Positions 38,154 through 47,961 of a stretch of DNA of 64,000 nucleotides are shown piece after piece. Source of the DNA: Candidatus Eiseniibacteriota bacterium (GTDB lineage Bacteria; Eisenbacteria; RBG-16-71-46); the NCBI GenBank assembly GCA_963717505.1, contig OY970342.1, forward strand, positions 1,376,001 to 1,440,000, read 5' to 3'. How positions within the stretch are numbered: position 1 is the first letter of the stretch; each line of letters starts with the position of its first letter. The notes beneath the pieces are model-generated. The model was not told the origin of the DNA and did no database searches. It worked only from the letters and a program-made list of their open reading frames with translations. A program made the position numbers and the translations under genes.

Positions 38154-38957
38154 ATGAAGACCCCGCTCGCCACCGAGCCGGTGCTCGAGGTTCCGCGCGA
38201 CGGCGAGCTGCCCTACCTCGTCGAGCACTGGTACCTGGCCTCGCGCACTCGGCGCTACATGATCGTCCGTCGGATCCGCGAGGTCCTCGAGAGCGCCGGA
38301 TTTCGCGCCGGCGACCGCGTTCTCGACCTGGGCCCCGGCTGGTCCTACGGGCCGTTGTGGGCGTCGCACTCCGGCGCGCGGGTCACCGGCGTCGACCTCG
38401 GCCTCGACCAGCTACGCTGGGCGCAGATGGCGCTCAATTCCAGCCGCCGCTTCGCGCTGGTCCAGGCCAACGCCAAGGCGCTCCCGTTTCGCGACCAGAG
38501 CTTCGACGCCATCGTGTCGGCCGAGATGATGGAGCACGTCTTTCGGCCCGATCGCCCGGGGGTGCTCCGAGAAGCCGCGCGTGTGCTGCGCCCGGGCGGC
38601 AGCTTCGCGATCTCGACGCCGAATCCCCATTCCCCGATCGAGCTGGTCAAGACGCTCGCGGTCCGCTGGCCGGCGCTGCGCCGGCGACTGCCCTCGGGGT
38701 GTTTCCCCGAAGCCTCAGACGATGCGGGGCAGTACCACCCGTACCGTTACCATCACCCGATTGCCGCCTCCGAGCTGGCGCGTGGTCTCGAGGCCGCGGG
38801 ATTCCTCGTGCGCGGGGTTCGGCACTTCCTGTTCGTCGCCAAGACGCTGCCGGACTCGCTGCTCTCGATCGCGCAGGCCACCGAACGCGTCGCGGAAGCC
38901 CTGCCGCTGATTCGTGGACTCGGCGCCACGACCCTGGTGTGGGGGACGAGACGATGA
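38154..38957 (+). CDS. Class I SAM-dependent methyltransferase
   Basis: RVLDLGPG, VTGVDL, LPFRDQSFD, RVLRPGG, STPN. Confidence 0.88.
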   Translation: MKTPLATEPVLEVPRDGELPYLVEHWYLASRTRRYMIVRRIREVLESAGFRAGDRVLDLGPGWSYGPLWASHSGARVTGVDLGLDQLRWAQMALNSSRRFALVQANAKALPFRDQSFDAIVSAEMMEHVFRPDRPGVLREAARVLRPGGSFAISTPNPHSPIELVKTLAVRWPALRRRLPSGCFPEASDDAGQYHPYRYHHPIAASELARGLEAAGFLVRGVRHFLFVAKTLPDSLLSIAQATERVAEALPLIRGLGATTLVWGTRR

Positions 38958-40184
38958 ATCCGGCATTGCGGCGTTTCGCATGGACCCTCACGCCGCTCCT
39001 GCTCTCCGCCGCAGGGCTCGCGGTCGCCATCGTGCTCCTGCGCGAGCACTTGATGGTGAACGAGGGCGGCCTCGCGAGCGGCCTCTTCTGTGGCGGCGGC
39101 GGCAAGTTCGACTGCAGCGCGGTCGCGGCGCACGAAAGCTCATGGCTCTTCGGCCGGCCGCTCTCGATGTGGGGAGTGCTCTACTTCATCCTGATGTCGG
39201 CGCTGGCGCTCGCCGCGTTGCTGCCATCGATGAGGGATCGTGCGATCGCGCGCCGCGTCGCGCTGGTACTGGCGTTCGCGTCATTCGTGTTCGACGCGTG
39301 GCTCTCGTGGGTCATGGTCGCGCGCATCGGCTCGATCTGCCTCAACTGCGTCGCGACCTACGTGATCAACTTCCTGCTCGCGGTCGTGTCTGTGGCGGCT
39401 GGTGCGCCGACCTCCGGAGGCGGCGCCCGTGGCCGAGGCCGCGACTCCGAGCCCGGCGGCCTCACCCGCCGGCGGTCCTGCCGTGTGGCTCAAGGCCGGA
39501 ATCTTCGGCGCGGCACTCGCCGGCGGCGTGTTCACGTTCGCCCACACCAACGACGAAGTGACGTTGATTCGCGAGCTGGCCGACCAGGAGGCGAAGGAGT
39601 TTCTCGCCCAACTCTCGCAGCCGCCCGCTATCGACATGGCGCGCTTCGCCGGCCGGCCGTCGCGCGGTGCGGCCGACGCCGAGCTACAGATCGCGGTGGC
39701 CAGCGACTTTCAGTGCGCCTACTGCCGTTCGCTCGGCGCCCACCTCGAGCGACTGATGGCCGAATACCCGGGACGAATCCGCGTGTTGTACGTGAATGCG
39801 CCGGTCAGCCGCCGGTGCAATCCACTCATCAAGAACGACCGCCACAAGTACGCGTGCTGGCTGGCGCGCACGGCCAATTGCGCCAGGGCCCAGGGCAAGT
39901 TCTGGGAGTACCACGATCTGGTCTACAAGACGTTGCCGCAGATCCTGGTCGACAGCGCGCACGTCGCGCCGCGGCTGGCCGGCATCGGCCTCGACGTCGG
40001 GCGCGTGCAGTCGTGCATGGACTCGGGCGAGGCGCAGACGATGCTCGAGCAGGACCTCGCGATCCTCACCGAGCTGGACTTGAAGTCGATCCCCTCGCTC
40101 GTGATCAACGGCTATTCCGAGCGCGCCGGAATCTACCCATCAGCGCTCCGCGCGATCGTGACCACCATGCTCGAGCGCCGGTAG
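38954..40184 (+). CDS. VKOR-DsbA/thioredoxin fusion (one extra base near 39389)
   Basis: VKOR C..GGGKFDCSAV and CLNC in the first frame; SDFQCAYC, AQGKFWEYHD and SIPSLVING in the next frame. Confidence 0.8.
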
Positions 40185-40220
40185 GAACCGCGCCCGGGAG
40201 CCGCTAGGATCAACCGCCCG

Positions 40221-41174
40221 ATGACCGCCACCACGCTCGATCCCGTGCGCCGCCTGCGCACCTACGCGTCGTTCGTGCGCTTCGAGCACACGCTGTTCTC
40301 GCTACCCCTAGTCCTGGCGGGCGTGTTCAGCGCGCCCGGGCCGGCGATGAGCGCCGGGCGTTGGGTGCTGGTTGCGATCGCGGCGGTGGGTGCCCGCACC
40401 GCGGCGATGGCGATCAATCGGTTGATCGATCGCCGGCTCGATGCTCTGAATCCCCGCACGCGCGGCCGCGAGTTGCCGGCCGGCACCATGAAGCTCGCGG
40501 AAGGGTTGGCGTTGCTGGTGGTGAGCATCGCCGCCTACGTGATCGCGTGCGCCGCACTCGGCCCGTGGTTCTTGAAGGTCTCGCCGGTGCCGCTGATCGT
40601 GTTTACGGTCTATCCCTATCTCAAGCGCTTCACGCCGCTCTGTCACTTCGGGGTCGGGGCGGCGCTGGCATTGGCCCCGCTCGCCGGATGGGCCGCGGCT
40701 CGACCGGACCTGGGCGACATGGGTGCGGCCATCTGGCTGGCCGTGTTCGCCTTCTGGTGGGTCAGCGGTTTCGACATCATCTACGCGACCCTCGACGAGG
40801 AGTTCGACCGTTCGCATGGAGTCCATTCGATGGTCGTTTGGCTCGGACGCAAGCGGGCGCTCCTGGTTTCGGGATGGCTGCACGTGTTCGCGTTCCTCGC
40901 GCTGATCAACGCGGTTCGCCACATTTGGTGGGATACGCGCAACCTGTTCCCGGTGTGGGCACCGTGGGCACTTCCAGCGCTGGTGGCGGTGCTGGCCGGA
41001 GCCGCGGTGTTGCTATGGCTGGAGCAACGCTGGGCCGAGGATGTGAATCTCGCGTTCTTCAAGGTCAACGTCTACGTGGGCTTCGCCGTGCTCGCGACCG
41101 TGCTGCTCGCGCGCCTGCTCGACGGCGGGGGGTTCGGAGAAGTGCCGTCGACGCCGCCGGTGTTCGTGAACTGA
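40221..41174 (+). CDS. ubiA: UbiA-family polyprenyltransferase (MqnP-like)
   Basis: FEHTLFSLP, NRLIDRRLDALNPRT, YPYLKRFT, GFDIIYATLD. Confidence 0.88.
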   Translation: MTATTLDPVRRLRTYASFVRFEHTLFSLPLVLAGVFSAPGPAMSAGRWVLVAIAAVGARTAAMAINRLIDRRLDALNPRTRGRELPAGTMKLAEGLALLVVSIAAYVIACAALGPWFLKVSPVPLIVFTVYPYLKRFTPLCHFGVGAALALAPLAGWAAARPDLGDMGAAIWLAVFAFWWVSGFDIIYATLDEEFDRSHGVHSMVVWLGRKRALLVSGWLHVFAFLALINAVRHIWWDTRNLFPVWAPWALPALVAVLAGAAVLLWLEQRWAEDVNLAFFKVNVYVGFAVLATVLLARLLDGGGFGEVPSTPPVFVN

Positions 41175-41175
41175 C

Positions 41176-41730
41176 ATGGCGCGCTACCTGATCGGCATGA
41201 CCGGCGCCTCGGGCGCCGCCTACGGCGTCGACTTCGTCAAGCGCTGCCCCGGCGAGAAGTATCTCGTGCTCTCCGACTGGGCGCGTCACGTGCTCCACGA
41301 TGAGACCGGTCTCAAGCCGAGTGACCTCGAATCGCACGTCGCGCGCACGTTCGCCGACAACGACCTGGCGGCGCCGTTCGCGTCGGGCTCCAATCGCTAC
41401 GACGCGTTCATCGTGATCCCGTGCAGTGTTTCGACGCTGGCCAAGATCGCGGTCGGGATCGCCGACACGTTGATCACGCGTGCCGCGTTGGTGGCGATGA
41501 AGGAACGCATGCGCATGGTGTTGTGCGTGCGCGAAACCCCGCTGCCGACCATCGCGCTCGAACACATGGCGCGACTGTCGCGCGAAGGCGTGATCGTGAT
41601 GCCGCTGTCGCCGCCCTGGTATCAGAAGCCGGGCTCGGTCGAAGACCTGGTGCGCGGGTTCACCAACAAGGTGCTTGGGGTGCTCGGCGAAGACGCCGGA
41701 CCGGGCTGGCGCGAGAGCGAACTCGAATGA
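41176..41730 (+). CDS. ubiX: Flavin prenyltransferase
   Basis: GMTGASG, ASGS, PCSVSTL, RAA..MKE, RETP. Confidence 0.92.
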   Translation: MARYLIGMTGASGAAYGVDFVKRCPGEKYLVLSDWARHVLHDETGLKPSDLESHVARTFADNDLAAPFASGSNRYDAFIVIPCSVSTLAKIAVGIADTLITRAALVAMKERMRMVLCVRETPLPTIALEHMARLSREGVIVMPLSPPWYQKPGSVEDLVRGFTNKVLGVLGEDAGPGWRESELE

Positions 41731-41773
41731 CGCCTGGAGCCCGCGAGCAAGTGACGGCCGTCGGACGGTTCGC

Positions 41774-43561
41774 GTGAGCGGTTTTCGCACGCTGACCGAC
41801 TTCCTCGACCACCTGCACGGGCGCGGGGACCTGAAGCGTGTCACCCGCGAGGTCGACTGGAAGTACGAAGTCACCGAGATCGCGTGTCGCGAAGCCAAGG
41901 CCGAAGGCCCCGCACTGCTGTTCGAGAACGTGCGCGGCGCGCGTTTCCCGCTGGCGGTCAACGTGCTCGCGGCGCGCCGGCGAGTCGAGTGGGCGATCGG
42001 CCGCACCCCGGGCTCGGTCGGCGCCGAGCTGGAAGAGATCCTTCACGCCGTGCCACCGCGCGAGCTCGGGGACTTGTGGAAGCTGCGGGGCAGCGCGTCG
42101 CGCGTATTGGCCATGCGTCCGCGACGCATGCGCCGCGGGCCGGCGCAGACTCTAGCGCTCGGTCCCAATCTCGACCTGCTGCCGATCCTCCAGTTGTGGC
42201 CCAAGGACGGCGGCCGGTTCGTCACCTTCCCGCTGGTGCTCACGCAGCATCCCGAGACGGACAAGCGCAACCTCGGCATCTATCGCATGCACGTGTTCGA
42301 CGCCGCGACCACCGGCATGCACTGGCAGATCGGGAAGGGCGGCGGGTTCCACTACCACGCGGCCGAGAAGCAGGGCCGCGGACTTGAAGTCGCGGTGCAC
42401 GTCGGCGCCGACCCGGCGACACTCCTGTCCGCGGTGTCGCCGCTCCCCGAAGGGATCGACGAGCTGGCGTTCGCGGGATTCCTACGCGGCTCGCCGACGC
42501 GGCTCGCGCGCGGCCGCACGATCGGCATGGACGTCCTGGCCGACGCCGAGTTCGTGATCGAGGGTTTCGTGCCGGCGGGCGAGCGACGTCAGGAGGGACC
42601 GTTCGGCGACCACTTCGGACACTATTCGCACGCGGCACCATTCCCGGTGTTTCACGTGCGCCAGGTCACGCATCGGCGCGCGCCGGTCTTCCAGGCCAGC
42701 GTGGTCGGCAAGCCGCCGCAAGAAGACAAGTTCATGGGCGAAGCGGTACAGGAGTTCTTCGCTGGCGTCCTGCGCGTGATCCACCCCGAAGTCGTCGACC
42801 TGTGGGCCTACTTCGAAGCTGGCTTTCACAACCTGCTCGTGGTCGCGGTCGAGAACCGATTCGCGAAAGAGGCTAAGAAGACCGCACTCGGGCTGCTCGG
42901 GACCGGCCAGCTGTCGCTGACCAAGGCGATCGTCCTCGTGGATGAGGACGTGAATCCGCGCGACCGCGCCGCGGTGTTCTCGGCTGTGGCGCGCAACTTC
43001 GATCCCGCCGAAGACTTCCTGCTGATCCCGGGTGTGCCGCTCGACACGCTCGACTTCACCAGCTACACCATGAACCTGGGCAGCAAGATGGTGCTCGACG
43101 CGCAGACCAAGGGGCGGCGAGTCGGATCGGCCGGCGTCGAACCCGGGCGCGACGCCGTGCCCCTGCGCGAGATCGCGGCGTCGGTGCCCGACCCACGTTC
43201 GTTCGATGACCGAGCCCTCGAGCATCGCCTGGCGTGGGGCGCGATGCTCGTCGTCCAGACCCGCGGCGACGGCAGGGCACTGGTCGAGCGCCTGATCGCG
43301 CGGCCCGAGTACGCGAAGGTGCCGCTGGTGATCGCGGTCAGCCCCGACGTGCCGCTCGACGACGACGAACTCTTGCTCTGGGGCATCTTTACGCGCTTCG
43401 ATTGCGCGCGCGACATCGTGCCGGCGTCGTCAGAAACGCGCGGCGCGTGGCTCAGCGTCCGCGGGCCGCTGGGGATCGATGCGACGTGGAAGGCGGGCTA
43501 TCCGGACACCGTGGAGAATTTGCCGGAGGTGGTCGCGGGCGTGTCGTCGTGGTGGGGGTGA
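41774..43561 (+). CDS. ubiD: UbiD-family prFMN decarboxylase (menaquinone MqnL-like)
   Basis: GPALLFENV, DGGRFVT, NLGIYRM, EGPFGDHFGHY, GKPPQED, GIDATWK; GTG start is approximate. Confidence 0.9.
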   Translation: MSGFRTLTDFLDHLHGRGDLKRVTREVDWKYEVTEIACREAKAEGPALLFENVRGARFPLAVNVLAARRRVEWAIGRTPGSVGAELEEILHAVPPRELGDLWKLRGSASRVLAMRPRRMRRGPAQTLALGPNLDLLPILQLWPKDGGRFVTFPLVLTQHPETDKRNLGIYRMHVFDAATTGMHWQIGKGGGFHYHAAEKQGRGLEVAVHVGADPATLLSAVSPLPEGIDELAFAGFLRGSPTRLARGRTIGMDVLADAEFVIEGFVPAGERRQEGPFGDHFGHYSHAAPFPVFHVRQVTHRRAPVFQASVVGKPPQEDKFMGEAVQEFFAGVLRVIHPEVVDLWAYFEAGFHNLLVVAVENRFAKEAKKTALGLLGTGQLSLTKAIVLVDEDVNPRDRAAVFSAVARNFDPAEDFLLIPGVPLDTLDFTSYTMNLGSKMVLDAQTKGRRVGSAGVEPGRDAVPLREIAASVPDPRSFDDRALEHRLAWGAMLVVQTRGDGRALVERLIARPEYAKVPLVIAVSPDVPLDDDELLLWGIFTRFDCARDIVPASSETRGAWLSVRGPLGIDATWKAGYPDTVENLPEVVAGVSSWWG

Positions 43562-43666
43562 ATGGAGGAGACACACGGATTCTTTGAGGCCATGCCCGGC
43601 GGTTCTTCTCGGAGCATCCCGGTCTGCAACATGAGCGGCGTCCAGTGAGGAGCCTGATCGCGACGG

Positions 43667-43695
43667 TTGACAAGTGTTACCTTTAGAGGTAACGT
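43667..43695 (+). promoter_or_regulatory. Promoter with palindromic operator of the TA-like operon
   Basis: TTGACA-17 nt-TAACGT overlapped by GTTACCT-TTAG-AGGTAAC (43676-43693). Confidence 0.75.
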
Positions 43696-43701
43696 TTCGA
43701 T

Positions 43702-43896
43702 GTGGGGAAGGTGCGGCGGGGTGGGTACGTGTTTCTGACTTGGACGGGTGATCATGGGCCCCGCCATGTTCATGTCTATCGCCAGGGCAAGATGGTCCTG
43801 AAATGGGATCTGGAAAACGGCAAAGTCATGAGAGGCATGGCCACGCGAAGGCTTCGGATGCTCATCCACCAACTCGAACGCGAGGGCAGGCTGTGA
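43702..43896 (+). CDS. DUF4160/HicA-like small basic putative toxin
   Basis: 64 aa; GDHGPRHVHV motif; stop overlaps the next start. Confidence 0.7.
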   Translation: MGKVRRGGYVFLTWTGDHGPRHVHVYRQGKMVLKWDLENGKVMRGMATRRLRMLIHQLEREGRL

Positions 43897-44360
43897 AGCT
43901 CCGATCGGTGGCGGTGAACAATCGCAAGAAGGCGTTTGAGGTCCAGACCTCAGGCCGCTCGCTGTCGTTCCCGTACGCCAAGGCCGATCCCAAACCGGGA
44001 GTTCGCGACCGGGTCAGCAGGGTGTTTGTCGATCGAGAACTGGGTCGTGAGGCCATCTCCTACGTTCTCGAGTCTGGCAAGGAAGGCTCGATCCACTCCG
44101 AGCAGATCCTCGAGTACAACGAAGACCCCGCCTACATGCGTGAGCTGCTTCTCTACAAGCTCACGCTCGAGGCACAGAAGCGAGTGGAGTCGAGCCCGCT
44201 GTCCAAGCGCGAGATCATTCGTCGCTTGGGGACGTCGGCGACCCAGCTCTACCGGCTTCTGGATCAGACGAACTACCGCAAATCCGTCGATCAGCTCCTG
44301 AGGCTTCTGCATGTCCTGGATTGCGAGGTCGATCTGGTGGTTCGCAAGAAAACCGCCTGA
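43893..44360 (+). CDS. Putative antitoxin with C-terminal XRE-like HTH
   Basis: GTG start coupled to the toxin stop; LSKREIIRRLGTSATQLYRLLD HTH. Confidence 0.7.
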   Translation: MKLRSVAVNNRKKAFEVQTSGRSLSFPYAKADPKPGVRDRVSRVFVDRELGREAISYVLESGKEGSIHSEQILEYNEDPAYMRELLLYKLTLEAQKRVESSPLSKREIIRRLGTSATQLYRLLDQTNYRKSVDQLLRLLHVLDCEVDLVVRKKTA

Positions 44361-44387
44361 AGGGATACCGCCGCAGAGGAGTCGAAC

Positions 44388-44672
44388 ATGTCCACCAAAA
44401 GACAGTTCACCACCGAAGAAGCGAAACGAATTGGCGACGCACTGAAAGTCGACTGGTCCAAAGTCTGGCTGGAGCAGTTCCGTCTCGGCCTGGCCGTCGA
44501 GCTGGAGCACGGTGCACGCGACCCCAGCACCAACGTGACCAATGACGACGAGCTGACCACCGGTAAAATCGCGCTCGCTCACCTGTACGAGTTTCCGGAC
44601 TACTACGACCGGCTGTCTCGAATGGAGCAGGAAGCCGACGAGTACTGGGCGAAGAAGCAGACGAAATCATAG
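44388..44672 (+). CDS. DUF5661-like protein
   Basis: GLAVELEHG...TGKIALAHLYEFPDYYDRL; GAGGAG RBS. Confidence 0.75.
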   Translation: MSTKRQFTTEEAKRIGDALKVDWSKVWLEQFRLGLAVELEHGARDPSTNVTNDDELTTGKIALAHLYEFPDYYDRLSRMEQEADEYWAKKQTKS

Positions 44673-44712
44673 GTGGCGAACACGATTCCTGAGGAGTAGC
44701 CTTGATGTCGCC

Positions 44713-46428
44713 ATGAAGCCCCTCCTGGCGCTGGTCGTATTTTGCGTCGCGATGCTGCAAGCGAACGCGGCGATTGCAGCTGCGGGATCGACCGAGCCCG
44801 TGACCTACCGGCCCGGCGAGATCCTTGCGGTCCTGCGTGGCAGTGAAGACCTCCGTCTCGGCGCCGACAACCTGCTGCGCCTCGGCCACGCTGGCGACGC
44901 CGCGCGGCTCCTGGAACGCCACGGTCTCAGTCGGTACGAGCGCGTAGGCGGTCTCCTGTCTCCCGGCCTGAGCGTGGTGAAGCTCGTGAGCGACCGGCCG
45001 GACTTCGATCCGGTTCACGCCGCAGAGGAACTGCGATCGTCGGGTACCGTGCGGGCGGCGATTCCCAACTATCTGCTTCGGCTCTTCATTACGATCCCGA
45101 ACGATCCCTACGCGCTGCCCGAACAGTGGTACGTCCATTCCCCGGCCGACGGCGACGTCGACCTGCCGGACGCCTGGGACATCGAGCGCGGCGACACGTC
45201 GATCGTGATCGGTATCGCCGATACCGGTATCGACCTCGGGCACCCCGACCTGGCGCAGCAGATCTGGACCAATCCGGATGAGATTCCCGGCAACTCGGTC
45301 GACGACGACGGCAACGGCTACGTCGACGATGTCCACGGCTGGGACTTCGGCAACGACGACAACGATCCCAATCCGCATCCGGTGTTCGATCCGGTGGTCG
45401 AGATCGACGTTGGTTTCCACGGTACGTTCGTGGCGGGGATTGCGTCCGCCGCCACCAACAACGGCATCGGGATCGCCGGCGCCGGCTGGCGTTCGCGACT
45501 GATGCCGCTCAAGGTGGTCAATCAGGCCGGCGAGATCACGACGGAAGCGCTCGCGGAAGCGTTTCTCTACGCGGCCGCCGAGCATGCGGACGTGCTCAAC
45601 GTGAGCCTCGGACAAGTGGCCGAGCCCGGACTGCCGGAGTTCTTCCAACAGCTGGTCGACCACGCCGATTCCGCGGACGTCGTCTGCGTGAGCGCCGCCG
45701 GCAATGACGCCGACAGCGCGCCGGTCTATCCCGCCGCCAACGACAAAGTGATCGCCGTGGCGGCGACCGATCAGAACAACTTGCGCACCTCGTTCTCCAA
45801 CTGGGGGCCGTGGGTCGACATCGCCGCACCCGGCACCCAGATGTGGTCGTCGATCTGCCGCAACTACCCGCTCGACGAGATCAGCGACATCTACTACGTG
45901 TTCCTGTTCGGCTGGGACGGCGTCAATCCCTACATGTACGGCGACGGCACTTCGTTCGCCTGCCCGCTGGTGGCGGGGACTGTGGCGCTGGCGCGCTCGC
46001 GCTGGCCGGGGCTCTCCGCACACTCCCTGGAGCAACACCTGGTCACGACCGGTGACGCCATCGTCTACGACTTGCCGATCGGCAAGAAGCTCAACGCGTA
46101 TCGCGCGGTGACGATGTCGCTCGCGGTCGGCGACGGACCGGAGTCGGGTGCGCTCGTCTCGCTGGCGCCCGCGCGGCCCAATCCATTCCGCGATCGCGTC
46201 GCTCTCGAGTACTCGCTGGCGCGCGCCGGCGAGGCCTCACTCGTCATCCTCGACGTGCAGGGCCGTGTCGTGCGCACGCTGTTCCGTGGGTCGACCTCCG
46301 CCGGGACGCATCGCGTCGAGTGGGACGGCCGCTCGTCCGACGGTGCTCGCGCCGAGAGCGGCGTCTATTTCGCGCGCTTCCTCTCGGGGCCGGAGAGCGC
46401 AGTCCGGCGGATCGCCTACATCCGCTGA
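44713..46428 (+). CDS. Secreted S8 subtilase with C-terminal FlgD-Ig-like domain
   Basis: Signal peptide; catalytic triad DTG, HGT, GTSFACP; tail PNPF...DVQGRVVRTL...WDGR...SGVYF. Confidence 0.92.
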   Translation: MKPLLALVVFCVAMLQANAAIAAAGSTEPVTYRPGEILAVLRGSEDLRLGADNLLRLGHAGDAARLLERHGLSRYERVGGLLSPGLSVVKLVSDRPDFDPVHAAEELRSSGTVRAAIPNYLLRLFITIPNDPYALPEQWYVHSPADGDVDLPDAWDIERGDTSIVIGIADTGIDLGHPDLAQQIWTNPDEIPGNSVDDDGNGYVDDVHGWDFGNDDNDPNPHPVFDPVVEIDVGFHGTFVAGIASAATNNGIGIAGAGWRSRLMPLKVVNQAGEITTEALAEAFLYAAAEHADVLNVSLGQVAEPGLPEFFQQLVDHADSADVVCVSAAGNDADSAPVYPAANDKVIAVAATDQNNLRTSFSNWGPWVDIAAPGTQMWSSICRNYPLDEISDIYYVFLFGWDGVNPYMYGDGTSFACPLVAGTVALARSRWPGLSAHSLEQHLVTTGDAIVYDLPIGKKLNAYRAVTMSLAVGDGPESGALVSLAPARPNPFRDRVALEYSLARAGEASLVILDVQGRVVRTLFRGSTSAGTHRVEWDGRSSDGARAESGVYFARFLSGPESAVRRIAYIR

Positions 46429-46432
46429 GCGC

Positions 46433-47869
46433 CTAGACCGGCCGCGGCTCCGCGGCAGAAACCCCCAACCCCTTCGCCTCGAACTCGGCGTAGCCACCTC
46501 GCGCGTCGAACAGGTCTTTGAACCCTGCGCGACGGAGCACGCTCACCGCGATCGGCGAACGCGTGCCGCCCTGACAGTGGATCGCGATCGGCCGATCCTT
46601 CGGCAGCTCGCCGGCGCGTGACGCCAGATAGCCGAGCGGGATGTGCACCACCCCCGGCACGTGGCCGGCCGAGTATTCGCTCGAACCGCGCACGTCGAGG
46701 AGCGTGACCTGGCGGGCCGCGAGCTTCCGCGCGGCGTCGCTGGCCGAAATCGACGGCGTCGCGATCAGCGCGCCGCTCGCTTTGGTCCATGCGGCGAGCG
46801 TGTCCTCACCCAGCCAGCCCGCCACGCGATCGAGGCCGATCATCGCCAGGTCGCGCACCGCCGCGCGCACCTCGGCCAGGTCGTTCGCCAGCAGGTAGAC
46901 CGGGCGATCGTAGGGCAGCAGCCAACCCGCCCAGGTGGTGAACGTGTTGCCCGCGGGTATGTGCAGCGTGCCGGGAATCGCGCCGGCGGCGTTGGCGGCA
47001 GACGATCGCAGGTCGACAACGACCTCGCCGCCATCCACCAGCTCGACGATCCGCTCGCCCGCGAGTTTCTCGGGATCGCGGAAGCCGCCCAGGAACGGCG
47101 GCCCCTGCTTGTTGATCCGCTTCATTTCCTTGAAGTAGACAGGCGGCTCGGGCTGGCCGGCGAGCACCTCGCGAACGAACGCCGTTTCGTTCTCGGAACG
47201 AACCCCCCAGTTGGTCAGCTTCTCGTAAGCGAGTGTCGTGGCCGGCAGGCCACCGAGGTTCTTGCCGCAGGCCGAGCCGGCGCCATGGCCGGGCCACAGC
47301 ATCAGGTGTCCGGGAAGCGTGCGGAACTTGGTCAGCGAATCGAACAGGACCCGCGCGCCCTTCTCCATCGTGCCCGCGTAGTTGGCGGCCCGCTCGAGCA
47401 GATCCGGCCGGCCGACGTCGCCGACGAACACGAAGTCGCCGGTGAACACCGCCATCGGTTCCTTGGAGGCCGGCTCGTCGGTGAGCACGAACGCGATGTG
47501 TTCCGGTGTGTGCCCGGGGGTGCGCATGACATCGAGTCGCACGTTGCCGATGCGAATGTGATCGCCGTCGCGCACCCGCGTCACGTTGGGTTGGTTCGCG
47601 AACCCGTACTTCCAGTCGGCGTCGCCTTCGTCCGACAGATAGAGTCGGGCACCTGCGCGCTCGGCCAGCTCGCGAGCACCCGACACGAAGTCGGCATGGA
47701 TGTGGGTCTCGGTGACCGCGGTGATCCGCATCTTCTCGGCCGCGGCTGCGCGCAGGTACTGGTCGACGTCGCGGTTGGGGTCGATGATTGCCGCTTCGCC
47801 GGTGGCGCCGCAGCCGATCAGGAAGCTGGCCTGGGCCAGTTTGTCGTCGTAGAAGCGCTTGAGGATCAT
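46433..47869 (-). CDS. MBL-fold persulfide dioxygenase fused to two rhodanese domains
   Basis: ETHIHADF, TPGHTPEH, FTGD..FVGDVGRPDL, PGHGAGSACG, HCQGGTRS. Confidence 0.9.
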   Translation of the reverse strand: MILKRFYDDKLAQASFLIGCGATGEAAIIDPNRDVDQYLRAAAAEKMRITAVTETHIHADFVSGARELAERAGARLYLSDEGDADWKYGFANQPNVTRVRDGDHIRIGNVRLDVMRTPGHTPEHIAFVLTDEPASKEPMAVFTGDFVFVGDVGRPDLLERAANYAGTMEKGARVLFDSLTKFRTLPGHLMLWPGHGAGSACGKNLGGLPATTLAYEKLTNWGVRSENETAFVREVLAGQPEPPVYFKEMKRINKQGPPFLGGFRDPEKLAGERIVELVDGGEVVVDLRSSAANAAGAIPGTLHIPAGNTFTTWAGWLLPYDRPVYLLANDLAEVRAAVRDLAMIGLDRVAGWLGEDTLAAWTKASGALIATPSISASDAARKLAARQVTLLDVRGSSEYSAGHVPGVVHIPLGYLASRAGELPKDRPIAIHCQGGTRSPIAVSVLRRAGFKDLFDARGGYAEFEAKGLGVSAAEPRPV

Positions 47870-47961
47870 GGCGCAAGGCTGCGGGAGTTTCGCTCGATTT
47901 TCAAGCCGCCGAACCACCGGGTTGGCGTTCGCGGACGGCGCCCGCTAGCCTCGCCGCTCCC

